DNA from: an uncultured Gemmatimonadales bacterium
GTDB lineage: Bacteria > Gemmatimonadota > Gemmatimonadetes > Gemmatimonadales > Gemmatimonadaceae
Length of the DNA: 64,000 nucleotides
Reading direction: 5' to 3'
NCBI GenBank assembly: GCA_963793305.1
Contig: CAWBZV010000002.1
Span: forward strand, 800,001 to 864,000
The notes beneath the pieces were generated by a model. That model worked only from the letters and a program-made list of their open reading frames with translations, was not told the origin of the DNA and ran no database searches. The position numbers were made by a program, and so were the translations under genes. Shown here piece by piece: positions 1 through 10,497 of this stretch; positions within the stretch are counted from its first letter, which is position 1; each line of letters begins with the position of its first letter.

Positions 1-363
1 GACGAACAGCAGCACGAGGCGCGCGACGTGGCGCACCGTCCAGTATCTCCGGTTGTTGGACATGCCATGCTCGACCAACGTCAGGGGCCACGCCGCCACG
101 AACGCCGCGATGGCCGCAAAGATGAACTCCTTGAGCCCCAGGTACACGCCCGCGTAGACCGCGATCGTCGCCAGCAAACCGCCAATCGCGAGAAACGGAT
201 TGTTGCGCACCCCGCGACCAACCACTCAGTTGATCTGCGGGATAACGGGGGCCACGGGCTTCCAAGTATCCGCGTTGGGCTGAGGGCTCCAGTCGGCCTC
301 CTGGCGCGCCCGCTCGGCATCATTCCAGGCGCGGACGCCCCGGCCCGCCTGCCAGGCATTCAT
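1..363 (-). CDS. Hypothetical membrane protein, runs off the left end, with an in-frame TGA at 228-226
   Basis: Hand translation from ATG363 (GAGGGG upstream): MNAWQAGRG...VIPQIN*VVGRGVRNNPFLAIGGLLATIAVYAGVYLGLKEFIFAAIAAFVAAWPLTLVEHGMSNNRRYW..., with hydrophobic TM-like segments. Not in the ORF track. Confidence 0.5.
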
Positions 364-412
364 GTCGCCGCCCCTCGCGCAAAACCGTCATGACTTGACG
401 CGACAAAGATGA

Positions 413-434
413 TTGTATACAAATATGCATACAA
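413..434. promoter_or_regulatory. Tandem GntR-family-like operator (TTGTATACAA palindrome plus ATGCATACAA)
   Basis: Perfect palindrome at 413-422 and a degenerate copy at 425-434, in an AT-rich divergent intergenic region. TTGACG at 395-400. Confidence 0.5.
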
Positions 435-435
435 A

Positions 436-1227
436 ATGACCACCCGACTCGGCACCTTCATCCTCGGCCTGGGCTCCGTCGCGGCCGGCGTCCTGGATCT
501 CATCTGGGGCGAATTCGAGCCCTCACATGAGCCGATCCAGGCATGGGGCGATCACATTCCCGGCCAGACCATCCTGGCGTACCTCACGGCCGCCTGCCTG
601 ATCGTCGGAGGTACGGCGCTTCTCTGGCGCCGGACAGAGCGGGCAGGCGCGGTGGTGCTCGCCATTGTCTACGGCGCGTTCACGGCGTTCTGGCTACCAC
701 GACTGATCACCGCGCCCTCCATACTCGGCTATCACCCGAACGTGTACATTGGCGTGCTCGCCGGGCTGTGTTCGCAGCTTATCGTAGCCGCGGCGCTCGT
801 GGGAATGCCGCGCGTCAATCGCTGGATCTTCGGCCTCGGCGCGATCGCCTTCGGCTTGGCGCACGTGACGAATATTCAAGACAACGCCTCGCTGGTCCCC
901 ACGTGGATGCCTTTGGGCGGCGACTTCTGGGTGCTGCTCACCGGCATCGCCTTCGTGCTCGCGGGCATCGCCATACTCACGCGCGTCAAAGACGTGCTCG
1001 CGAGCCAGCTCCTGGCGATCATGTTCCTGGTCTTCAGCGTGATCGCCCTGGCGCCGCTGCCCATCGCGCACCCACATGACCACGTCGCATGGGGCGCCAA
1101 TGCGTACAACCTTGCCGCCGTTGGCGCGACGTGGATCTTCAGTCGCCAGCTAACGCTCGCGCCTCGGCGTACTGAGGCAGCTCGATCCGAATCCGCGCGC
1201 CGCCGTCTGGCAGGTTCGCGGCCGTAA
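436..1227 (+). CDS. DoxX-like multi-pass membrane protein
   Basis: About 8 TM helices; duplicated 'VPxWMP..G..FW..LTG' DoxX-type architecture. ATG436 preferred over 409. Confidence 0.7.
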   Translation: MTTRLGTFILGLGSVAAGVLDLIWGEFEPSHEPIQAWGDHIPGQTILAYLTAACLIVGGTALLWRRTERAGAVVLAIVYGAFTAFWLPRLITAPSILGYHPNVYIGVLAGLCSQLIVAAALVGMPRVNRWIFGLGAIAFGLAHVTNIQDNASLVPTWMPLGGDFWVLLTGIAFVLAGIAILTRVKDVLASQLLAIMFLVFSVIALAPLPIAHPHDHVAWGANAYNLAAVGATWIFSRQLTLAPRRTEAARSESARRRLAGSRP

Positions 1228-2563
1228 CCGCGCCGCCCAGAGTGGAGACCGTCTGTCGGACGATCCAGAGCCCGAGGCCCGTGCCCTTGCCGGCGGGCTT
1301 CGTGGTGACGAAGCGATCAAAGGCGCGCGTGGAGAGGTCACCCGGGAACCCTGGGCCCGTGTCCTCGACATCGATGACCAGGCCAGCGCGAACGCGGATC
1401 CGAATGAGCCTCGGACCAGTCTGGCTCTCCATCGCGTGGATCGCGTTGACCAGCAGGTTCACCAAGGCGCGCTCGAGACGAACCGCCGAGCCAGGGAGTG
1501 TCTCGGCGTTGGCGACGTTGTCGACCGTGATCTCGACGGGGATGCGGTGCGCATTCAAGAGCGGACGCACCGCGGCGACGGCTTCGTCGATCCGCTCGCC
1601 GATCGAGAGGGGGCGGGCGTCGTCGTCCTTGCTCGCCGTGCGGGCGAACGTCAACAAATCGGACAGAAACGATTGCGCGCGACGGGCCTCGTCGCGGATG
1701 AGACGCAGATCCTCGTGCGGTCCATCGCCGAGCGGCATCTGCAACATCATCTCGGACTGGAGGCCGATCGACGTCAGCGGGTTGCGCACGTCGTGCACGG
1801 TCGCGGCGGCCAGCGTCCCGATCGCCGCGAGCGTCTCGGCCTCCCGCAACCGCTCGACCATCGCCCGCTCCTCGGCGTCGCGACGCACCTGCGCGGCAAG
1901 GGCGCGGTGCAGCGTCCGCTCACTCCACGCCGTCGCGTAGGTCGCGATCGCGCCGACCGTGCCCAAGAGCGCGACCTTGGCGCCCTCGTCGAGCCACGAG
2001 GCCTGATCGGTGCGAGTCAGCGCGAGCGGACCGGCGACGAGTTGCACACGCCCCGAGAGAATGACCGTGAGCGCGACCGTGGCGGAGGCAATGACCGCGG
2101 CGATCGTAACGGCGCCGGCGTGACGCGCGGAGCCGCTGAACGGGCTCGCGGCGAGAACGGCGAAGTACGCGAGAAATATCGGTGCGTGCAGCGCGAGACC
2201 CGGGGCGCCGGCGAGGCCGTAGCCGATCTCGAGTGCGGTGATCGCTCCGAGGTCCGTCGCCGCGTTGACCGTCGCCAGCCAGGCGGGTGCGCGATGCCGG
2301 CGGTGATAGCGCCAGTGTTGAAAGACCGTCCACGCGAGCATTGGAACGAACACGCTCGCGTTGACACGGACCAGGGATGGCGTCAGCGCCGGGGCATAAA
2401 GGAGCGCGGTGACCCCGAGGACGAGCAGGACCAGGACTCGGGCGCGATTGAGGCGATCCTCAGCCCGCGCGTGCTCGGCCGCGAGCAGCGCCTCGACCGT
2501 GTCGGCCGTCGCGCTCTCGTCTCGTTTCCATTTCCACTCGACTGATCGAGGCTCCCCGCGCAC
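1139..2563 (-). CDS. Membrane sensor histidine kinase (orphan)
   Basis: H-box HDVRNPL, N-box NLLVNAIHA, G1 DTGPG, F-box, G2 GTGLGL; N-terminal TM sensor. Confidence 0.9.
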   Translation of the reverse strand: MRGEPRSVEWKWKRDESATADTVEALLAAEHARAEDRLNRARVLVLLVLGVTALLYAPALTPSLVRVNASVFVPMLAWTVFQHWRYHRRHRAPAWLATVNAATDLGAITALEIGYGLAGAPGLALHAPIFLAYFAVLAASPFSGSARHAGAVTIAAVIASATVALTVILSGRVQLVAGPLALTRTDQASWLDEGAKVALLGTVGAIATYATAWSERTLHRALAAQVRRDAEERAMVERLREAETLAAIGTLAAATVHDVRNPLTSIGLQSEMMLQMPLGDGPHEDLRLIRDEARRAQSFLSDLLTFARTASKDDDARPLSIGERIDEAVAAVRPLLNAHRIPVEITVDNVANAETLPGSAVRLERALVNLLVNAIHAMESQTGPRLIRIRVRAGLVIDVEDTGPGFPGDLSTRAFDRFVTTKPAGKGTGLGLWIVRQTVSTLGGAVTAANLPDGGARIRIELPQYAEARALAGD

Positions 2564-2587
2564 GTTGGTCGACGCGCCACGGAGCGT

Positions 2588-5500
2588 TCAGTCACCCGTC
2601 ACGGGAACGGCCGCAGGGGACTCTGTCCAAGGCAAACGAGCGAACAGCCGGCCGAGCCAGCCTTGGAAGTCGTCGAGGTACGTGTAGAACACGGGCGTGA
2701 CGTACAGCGTGACGACCTGAGAGAACGCGAGGCCGCCGACCACGACGATCCCGAGCGGGCGGCGCGAGGCGGCGCTCGAACCGACACCGATCGCGATCGG
2801 CAGCGTGCTGGCCAGCGCCGCGAAGGTCGTCATCATGATCGGACGGAATCGAACCGAGCAGGCTTTCAAGATCGATTGCTCCGGCGTCAGGTGCTCGTTG
2901 CGCTCGGCCTCGACCGCGAAGTCGATCATCATGATCGCGTTCTTCTTGACGAGTCCGATCAGCATGATGAGCCCCACGTAGCCGTACACATCGAGCTCGA
3001 CGCCGGTGATCCACAGCGCGAACAGCGCGCCGCACGTCGCGAAGGGCAGTGCCGTGAGGATCGTGATCGGGTGGATGAAGCTCTCGTACAGAATGCCCAG
3101 AATGATGTAGATCACGAACACCGTGATCAGCAGGAGCACGGGAAGGTTTTGCACAGAGGCCTGAAACGCCTGAGCCTGACCCGAGAATCCCGTCGTGATG
3201 TCGGGCGGCACGGTCCCGTGCGCGACACGGTCGACGGCCGCCGTCGCCGCCCCGAGATCACCGTTCGGCGGGATGTTGAATGAAATCGTCACCGACGGCA
3301 ACTGCCCCGAGTGATTGATCGCCGCCGGTCCAAATGTCGGCTCGAGCTCCGCCACATCCGCCAGTGGGACGACCTCGCCGTGCGACCCGTTGATGTACAG
3401 CTTGTTCAAGTCGAGCGGAGACGATTGGTCTTGCGGCAGCACCTCGAGCACGACCCAATACTCGTTCACCGCCGTGTAAATCGTCGACACTTGCTCGGCG
3501 TTGTACGCCTCGGCGAGCGCATTCTCGATCGCCGCTGGCGTGAGACCAAACGGCGCGGCCTTGGCGCGGTCGATGTGAACCGTGACCTCGGGATTGCGAT
3601 TGAGCAGATCGCTCGTGACGTCCGTCAGCAGCGGGACCTTCTGAAGCGTGTCCAACAGCCGGAGCGAGTTGCTGTAGAGCAATGCAATGTCGGGACCCTG
3701 CAGCGTGTACTGATACAGCGCCTTTGAGTTGCGCCCGCCGATACGAATCGAGGGCGGGTTCTGGAGAAAGAGCTCCATGCCCGGAATGCCGGACGCGCGA
3801 CGCGTGATCTCGTCGACACACACGTCCGCCGACGGACGCTCGGTCGGCGGCTTGAGCGTGAGCCAGAGGTTCCCCTGGTTCGTCGCGCCCGCGGTCCCGC
3901 CGCCACCCAACGCCGACGTGAACGACGCGATGCACGTGTCCTTCGTGAGGATGGTCGCCAGACGACGTTGCAGGCGCGACATCTCGTCGAACGACGTGCC
4001 CTGCGCGGCCTCGGTCGTCGCGTCCAACTCTCCGCTGTCCTCGGGTGGGAAGAGACCCTTGGACACGCGGTGGTACAGCACCGCGGTCACGCCCAGCACC
4101 GCCAACGAGAATACGATCGTCAACGGCCGGTGGCGCATCACCACGCCCAGACTGCGCTCATAGGCGCCAAGCGCGGCATTGAAGACCCGCTCGCTGGCGA
4201 GGAACAGCCGTCCGTGCGTGACCTCGGGTTGCGGTCTGAGAAACCGGCTGCAGAGCATCGGGGTGAGCGTCAGCGATACGAACCCCGACACGAGAATCGC
4301 GAACGTGATCGTGAGCGCGAACTCGCTGAACAGTCGCCCAATGACCCCACCCATGAACACGATGGGAATAAAGACCGCCGCCAGCGACAACGTCATCGAC
4401 AGAATCGTGAACCCGACCTCGGCGGAGCCGTGGAACGCCGCCTGCATCGGCTGCTCGCCGGCTTCGATATGCCGCACAATGTTTTCCAACATGACGATCG
4501 CGTCGTCGACGACGAACCCGACCGCCAGCGTCAGCGCCATCAACGACAGGTTGTCGAGGCTGAAGTTCAGCAAATACATCACCGAGAACGTGCCGACGAT
4601 GGCCATCGGGAGCGCAAGACTCGGGATGACCGTGGCGACGAGACTTCGCAAGAACAGGAAGATCACGAGCACGACGAGCATCAGCGCCAGCAAGAGCGAG
4701 AACTTCACGTCGTGCACCGCGCCCTGGATCGACACCGAACGGTCGTAGTCCAGATTCACCTTGACCGATCGCGGGAGTCCCACCTCGATCTCGGCCATCT
4801 TGGCTTTGACGGCGTTGATCACGTCGACGGTGTTCGTGCCGGGCTGCCGCCGGATGGAGAGGAAAATCGTCCGCTCCATATCGTGGCCATTGTAGAACCA
4901 GGCGGCCGCCTTGTTGTTCTGCACATCGTCGAGGACCGTCGCCACGTCCATGAGTCGAACCGGTGCGCCATCCTTGTAGGTCACGATGAGCCGCCGGAAC
5001 TGGGCGGCGTTGTAGAGCTGTCCGGTGGCGTAGAGGGTGGTGGTTTGGCTCGGGCCGTACAGGACGCCCGTCGGGATGAAGACGTTTTCGTTCGAGATCG
5101 CCTTGGCGACGGTGTTGGGGCTGATGTTGCGCGCGGCGAGCTTGGCGGGGTCGAGTTGGACGCGTACCGCGTATTTCTGCGATCCATACACGATGACCTG
5201 GGACACGCCACTGACCATCGAGATGGTCTGCGCGATCGTCGTCTCGCCGTACTCGTCGAGCGTTTGGAGCGGCAGCACCGCCAATGTCAGCGAGTAGAAC
5301 AAGATCGACTGTCCGGCCGGATTCTGCTTGTAGTACGCCGGCGGGATGATGTTCGGCGGCAGGTTCGGCAGCGCGGCCGAAATGGCCGAGTTTACGTCCT
5401 GGGCGGCAGCGTTGATGTTGCGGTCGAGCGAGAACTGGACCGTGATGCCCGTCGTGCCCAGCGCGCTCGTCGACGTGATGTTGTCAATGCCGGCGATCCC

Positions 5501-5749
5501 CGAGAATTGCTTTTCCAGGGGCGTGGCAACGGTGGCCGCCATGGTCTCGGGGCTGGCACCCGGCAGAGATGCGCGGACGAAAATCGTCGGGAAGTCGACC
5601 GGCGGCAGGTCGCTCACGGGCAACTGCCGGTAGGCGATCACCCCAAAGATCACGATGCCGATCATGATCAGGGTGGTCATGACCGGGCGCTTGATGAACA
5701 GCGCGGTCATTCCCGCCGCGCGGGATGTATGCGCTACTTCGTCGGTCAC
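2588..5749 (-). CDS. RND efflux permease (MdtB/MdtC-like, AcrB family)
   Basis: FIKRPVMT start, ASLPGASPETMA, VDDAIV and KKNAI proton-relay motifs, RFRPIMMT. Confidence 0.95.
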   Translation of the reverse strand: MTDEVAHTSRAAGMTALFIKRPVMTTLIMIGIVIFGVIAYRQLPVSDLPPVDFPTIFVRASLPGASPETMAATVATPLEKQFSGIAGIDNITSTSALGTTGITVQFSLDRNINAAAQDVNSAISAALPNLPPNIIPPAYYKQNPAGQSILFYSLTLAVLPLQTLDEYGETTIAQTISMVSGVSQVIVYGSQKYAVRVQLDPAKLAARNISPNTVAKAISNENVFIPTGVLYGPSQTTTLYATGQLYNAAQFRRLIVTYKDGAPVRLMDVATVLDDVQNNKAAAWFYNGHDMERTIFLSIRRQPGTNTVDVINAVKAKMAEIEVGLPRSVKVNLDYDRSVSIQGAVHDVKFSLLLALMLVVLVIFLFLRSLVATVIPSLALPMAIVGTFSVMYLLNFSLDNLSLMALTLAVGFVVDDAIVMLENIVRHIEAGEQPMQAAFHGSAEVGFTILSMTLSLAAVFIPIVFMGGVIGRLFSEFALTITFAILVSGFVSLTLTPMLCSRFLRPQPEVTHGRLFLASERVFNAALGAYERSLGVVMRHRPLTIVFSLAVLGVTAVLYHRVSKGLFPPEDSGELDATTEAAQGTSFDEMSRLQRRLATILTKDTCIASFTSALGGGGTAGATNQGNLWLTLKPPTERPSADVCVDEITRRASGIPGMELFLQNPPSIRIGGRNSKALYQYTLQGPDIALLYSNSLRLLDTLQKVPLLTDVTSDLLNRNPEVTVHIDRAKAAPFGLTPAAIENALAEAYNAEQVSTIYTAVNEYWVVLEVLPQDQSSPLDLNKLYINGSHGEVVPLADVAELEPTFGPAAINHSGQLPSVTISFNIPPNGDLGAATAAVDRVAHGTVPPDITTGFSGQAQAFQASVQNLPVLLLITVFVIYIILGILYESFIHPITILTALPFATCGALFALWITGVELDVYGYVGLIMLIGLVKKNAIMMIDFAVEAERNEHLTPEQSILKACSVRFRPIMMTTFAALASTLPIAIGVGSSAASRRPLGIVVVGGLAFSQVVTLYVTPVFYTYLDDFQGWLGRLFARLPWTESPAAVPVTGD

Positions 5750-5782
5750 AATGAGAGCTTACGCGCCAGATCGTGGTTTCGT

Positions 5783-6097
5783 TTACGACGTGATCCGTTG
5801 ACGCCGCCTGAACGCAACGAAGGCGACGCAGGCTGTCCAGGTCGGCGCGGCGTCGAGGCCAGGGACCAGCTCGATCGCGAATGTCGGCAGCAGCGCCCAG
5901 TGGAATCCGAGTAATCGGTTGATCAGCAGGGCTGCTACTACATCTATCGCAGTGTCGAGTGCCTCCAGCGGTATCTCGCCGCCGATGGTGGCGAGGCCGA
6001 CGGAGAAGAACGAGAGATTGACGGGAAGTTGAAGAATGTCGGCCAGAATGCCGACGGCGAACGCGAGTTTGACCTGCCGGGGTGTCACGGTCCGCAT
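5783..6097 (-). CDS. Small hypothetical membrane protein (104 aa)
   Basis: ATG6097 MRTVTPRQVKLAFAVGILAD...; 'LLPTFAIELVPGLDAAPTWT' conserved-looking motif; lies between tetR and the RND gene. Confidence 0.7.
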   Translation of the reverse strand: MRTVTPRQVKLAFAVGILADILQLPVNLSFFSVGLATIGGEIPLEALDTAIDVVAALLINRLLGFHWALLPTFAIELVPGLDAAPTWTACVAFVAFRRRQRITS

Positions 6098-6105
6098 GCC
6101 GTAAT

Positions 6106-6666
6106 TTACCGCGCGCGGTCGATAAACGAGCGTGTCGCCTCGAGGACGGCGTCTGATTTCTCGGGCGCCACCATGCGGGCGAGCAGCACGCCGCCGAGCA
6201 TGGTCGCGACAATGGCCGTCGCATTCTCCTCGGTGGCTTCGCCTTCCGGCAAGAGCCGCCGTACCCACTCGATCCGCTGGGCGACGCGCGTGGCAACGCC
6301 GTCTCGTATGCGATCGCTGCCCCGAACGAGCTCAGAGCCGAGGGCGGCGAGCGGGCACCCGAATTCGGGATGGGCGGCGTGTGCCGCACTCAAGTACCTG
6401 TCGAGCACCGCGTCCATGCGCTGATCGTTTGGAACTCGAGTATCGGACAGGCGCTCGATCGTTTGACGGCTCGCGCGGCCGAGCGCGGCGTCCACCAGCT
6501 CGTCTTTCGACTCGAAGTGAGCGTAGAACCCGCCGTGAGTGAGCCCGGCCTCGGCCATGATCTCAGCGATGCTCACTCCGTCGAGCCCCTTCGCGCGGAG
6601 CGCGGTGGCGGCCGACTCGACGATACGGTCACGGGTCTGACGCTTGTGCTCTTCCGGCCAAGCCAC
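6106..6666 (-). CDS. TetR/AcrR family transcriptional regulator
   Basis: HTH signature VSIAEIMAEAGLTHGGFYAHFESKDEL. Confidence 0.95.
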   Translation of the reverse strand: MAWPEEHKRQTRDRIVESAATALRAKGLDGVSIAEIMAEAGLTHGGFYAHFESKDELVDAALGRASRQTIERLSDTRVPNDQRMDAVLDRYLSAAHAAHPEFGCPLAALGSELVRGSDRIRDGVATRVAQRIEWVRRLLPEGEATEENATAIVATMLGGVLLARMVAPEKSDAVLEATRSFIDRAR

Positions 6667-6684
6667 GGGAACTCCTTTTGTGAA

Positions 6685-6702
6685 ATATGATACCTATCAT
6701 AT
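6685..6702. promoter_or_regulatory. TetR operator palindrome ATATGATA-CC-TATCATAT
   Basis: Perfect 8-bp inverted repeat between the divergent tetR and membrane-protein genes. Confidence 0.8.
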
Positions 6703-6723
6703 ATTAACTGCCACGGAGGTTTT

Positions 6724-7413
6724 ATGCTCGATGCGATTGACACCATTCTCATTTTCGCCTCGGCCGCCGTCATCCTGGTCGCCATGACGAGACGCCTGCT
6801 CGTTGCGGGCATCGCGGGTGCCTGGTTCGGCCTCGCCATCGTTGCCTCGGCCTCGGGCGCGTTCGATGGCCAGAGGACAGGTCCGCTCGCGCTCTTGTTC
6901 TTCTTCGGTCTCCCCCTGATCCTCGCGGCGCTCGTATGGCAGCGGCCCGCGATTCGAGCGGCGTGGCTCGCGATTCCAATGCCGTTGCTCATTGGGCTCA
7001 ACGTGATTCGCTCGATCGGCTTCATGTTTCTCTTGCTCGCGGCCGACGGGCGGCTCTCTGGCCCGTTCCCGTATAGCGCGGGTGTGGGCGACATCATCAC
7101 TGGTGTCTTCGCGCTCCCCGTCGCGTTCGCCGTCGCACGCGGGACGGCGTCGAGAGCTCGCGTCACGGCGTGGAATGCGTTCGGAATGCTCGACCTCGTT
7201 GCCGCCGTCTCACTCGGCGTCGTGACGCGGCCCGGTTCTGCCGTGCAATTGCTCCACGTCGGTGTCGGCAGTACCGGCATAACGCAACTGCCCTGGTCAC
7301 TCATCCCGACCGCGCTCGTGCCGTTCTTCATCGTGACGCACGCGATCATCTTCGCCCAGCTCCGCGCGCTGGCTCCGCGGCGCGTGCCCACCGCCGCGGC
7401 AGTGCGCGCCTAG
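6724..7413 (+). CDS. Hypothetical multi-pass membrane protein
   Basis: GGAGG RBS; about 7 TM; motifs 'AGVGDIITG', 'WNAFGMLDL', 'PWSLIPT'. Confidence 0.8.
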   Translation: MLDAIDTILIFASAAVILVAMTRRLLVAGIAGAWFGLAIVASASGAFDGQRTGPLALLFFFGLPLILAALVWQRPAIRAAWLAIPMPLLIGLNVIRSIGFMFLLLAADGRLSGPFPYSAGVGDIITGVFALPVAFAVARGTASRARVTAWNAFGMLDLVAAVSLGVVTRPGSAVQLLHVGVGSTGITQLPWSLIPTALVPFFIVTHAIIFAQLRALAPRRVPTAAAVRA

Positions 7414-7467
7414 CACTCCGGCCTTGCGGGCGGCGAGCCCGGTGGTTTTCTTTGGCCTAAACGGTTT

Positions 7468-7809
7468 ATGCCAAAGCCAAAGAACCGACCACCGGAGCTC
7501 GTGCAGGGCACGCTCGACATGCTCGTGCTCAAAGCGCTCACGCGCGAGAGCCTGCACGGCTACGCGGTCGCCGAATGGATTCGCGCGACGTCGCGCGACG
7601 TGCTCCGCGTGCAGGAGGGAGCGCTCTATCCCGCGCTGCATCGGCTCGAGCTCGCGGGGATGCTCACGTCAGAGTGGGCGGTGAGCGACAAAGGACGTCG
7701 CGCCAAGTACTACTCGCTCACCGCCGCGGGGCGGAAGCATCTCGCTGCCGAAGCGCAGTCGTGGCACCAGCTGTCCGGGGCCATCGCGCTCGTGATGCGG
7801 ACGGCGTAA
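7468..7809 (+). CDS. PadR family transcriptional regulator (Acidobacteria-type)
   Basis: GTLDMLVLKAL...HGYAV...GALYPALHRLE...RRAKYYSLT; translationally coupled to the permease. Confidence 0.95.
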   Translation: MPKPKNRPPELVQGTLDMLVLKALTRESLHGYAVAEWIRATSRDVLRVQEGALYPALHRLELAGMLTSEWAVSDKGRRAKYYSLTAAGRKHLAAEAQSWHQLSGAIALVMRTA

Positions 7810-10497
7810 TGCTGACCCAACTGACCCAGCGACTCCGTGCGCTCTTCCGTCGGCGGCGCCTCGATCGGGATCTCGAAGACGAGCTCGCGTTTCATCTCGA
7901 CATGCGCGCCGGACAAATCGAACAGACGGGCGTGCCGCACGCCGAGGCTGCGCAAGCGGCCCGGCGTCAATTCGGGAACGTATCTGGGATTCGGGAGCAC
8001 ATGAGAGACCTCTGGAGCTTTCCGTCGGCCGAGGCACTCTGGCGCGACATTCGCTACGGCGCACGGGTGCTCGCCCGCGCGCCGACATTTACGATTGTCG
8101 CCGTACTGACGATCGCACTCGGCGTTGGCGCGAATACCGCGGTATTCAGCGTCGCCGATGCCGTGCTGTTGCGGCCGCTGCCGTTCACGCACGCCGACCG
8201 TCTCGTGCGCTTGTACTCGATCGTCGGCGGCAGTCCGATCGGCCCGTCGATTGGCGATGCGCACGACTTCGCGACCGAGTCGCACACGCTCCAGTCGCTC
8301 GTGGTCTACGACGTTCTGGCGCAAAAACGTCAGCGGGAACGCACCGGGCGAGCGGCCAGAGCAACTGCGCGTCGGTCTCGTGCCCGGCGAGTTCTTCACG
8401 GCCCTCGGCGTGACACCCCGCCTGGGCCGCGTCTTCACCCCGGAGGAAGTGCGCCCGGGGAACGACAAGGTCGTCGTGCTCACCGAGCGCTATTGGCGAT
8501 CGCATTTCGGCGCCTCGCCGTCGGTCCTCAGCCAGACCGTTCGCATCAACGACGAGCCGTACACGGTGATCGGAGTCATGCCCAACGTCATCCCCGACTG
8601 GCTCGACGGCGCGGAGTTCGGTCCCACCCTGATGTGGACGCCTTACGTTCTGTCTCCCGAAGATTTCGACGCCATGCACCATAGCGACCGCGGGAATGGC
8701 ACGATCGGCGTGTTGAGACCCGGTATGACGGCGGCCATGGCGACCGCGGAAATGCAACGCATCGCTGGCGAGTTGGCCGAGCGATATCCCGTGAATCGTG
8801 GGGTCTCGGCGCGCGTCGTACCGCTGGCCGACACGCGCGCGGGCAGCTTGCGTCCAACCCTGGTGCTCTTGCTCGCGTCGGTGGCGATGATTTTGGCCAT
8901 CGCATGCACGAACGTGGCCGGCCTCGTGATGGCGCGGCACACGGCCCGGCATCACGAGATAGTCATTCGCGCGTCGCTCGGCGCCGGGCGATGGAGCCTC
9001 GTCCGGCAGCTCGTGTCCGAGTATCTCATGTTGACGCTGCTGGGCGGAGCGATTGGGCTCGTAGCGGCGTGGCTAGGTGGCATCGCCGTGGTCAGGCTGC
9101 ATCCCGCGAATCTGCCGCAACTCGCCGAGGTCCGCATCGATGCGCGAGTGCTGTTGTACACGCTCGCCCTGTCGGTGGGCACCGGCGTCATATTCGGCAT
9201 CATCCCGGCGTTGCCCGCGACTCGTGGGAACCTCGGCACCGCGATCCGAGAGGGTGGGCGCTCAGGCACGGGGGGCAAACGGCGTCAGGCCGAGCAACAG
9301 GCGCTCGTCGTCGCGCAGATCGCGTGCTGCGTCATCCTGGTGCTCTGGACAAGCCTACTCGTGAAGAGCCTACTGCGACTCGAGCATCAAGACAGCGGAT
9401 TTCAGACCGAGCGGTTGTTGACGGCGCACGTGACGTTGCCGCCGGTGCGATATCCAGATCGCCCCGACGCGGGTCCGATCGAGCGGTTCAACCATCAGTT
9501 CGCCGAGCGCCTGCGGGCGATCCCCGGTGTGCGAGACGCGACCGTGACGACGTTCTTCCCGCCCGTCAATCAGTATTCTCGATCATTTACGCTGGACGGT
9601 CAGGCTGCGTCACGCCTCGACGACATGCCTCGGGCCAGCTTCGGCGTGGTCGACGACCAGTATCGCACCACGCTCGGCATACCCATGATCGAAGGGCGCG
9701 ATTTCGCCGGATCGGATCTCGCGACGAACCCGCCGGTTATTCTGATCAACCAAGCGCTCGCCAGAAAGTACTTCGCCGATCGCGATCCGATCGGCCAGCG
9801 TCTCGTGCTGCGTCAGCTCTCGCAGGGGCGTCCAGACACGATATCGACAACCGCTGCGATCGTCGGCGTCATCGGCAACACGAAGAATCACGGGTTGGCG
9901 GTCGAGCCCGAGCCGGAGATCATTGGCCTGGCGCGCCAGATGCCCGACATGAACGCCGGGTTCAAATACATCGTCGTACGCACAACGTCCGACCCATCGC
10001 TCGCCATCGAATCCGTTCGTGATGCGCTACGGTCGATCGACCCGGAGCTGCCGCTGTCCCAGGTGGCCACGATCGACGCGGTGATGGCGGAGCAGACGAC
10101 GGATCGGAGACTCAGTACGACGTTGCTCGGCCTGTTCACCGTCGGCGGCGTCCTGCTCGCCATCATCGGCATCTACGGCGTCATCTCATACTTCGTCGCC
10201 CAGCGCACGAAGGAGATCGGGCTCCGCGTCACTCTTGGCGCCAAGCGCGCGGATATCCTGTGGCTCGTGCTCGGCACCGGGCTTCGCCTCGCGGTGATCG
10301 GCATCGCGATCGGTCTCGTGGGTGGGTTTGCGCTGGAACGGGTGCTGTCCAAGTTCCTCTTCCTGGTGACGGCGACCGACCCGACGATCGTGATTGGGGT
10401 TCCGATTGTGATCGCCGGCATCGCGATCCTCGCGTGCTACCTTCCGGCGAGACGCGCCACCAACCTCGACCCGGTGCTCGCGCTGCGCGAGTCCTAA
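7809..10497 (+). CDS. ADOP-type duplicated ABC permease (MacB/FtsX), +1 frameshift at ~8313
   Basis: MLTQLTQRLRALFRRRRLDRDLEDELAFHL starts at ATG7809. Frame changes at TAC GAC [G] TTC TGG. C-terminus YLPARRATNLDPVLALRE. Confidence 0.9.

Noticed and set aside
3968..5914. Long antisense ORFs (also 49838-51835, 47995-49287, 37551-38954, 22529-23587 and others)
   Set aside because: Shadow frames of real high-GC genes, with Arg/His/Gly-rich composition and no motifs.
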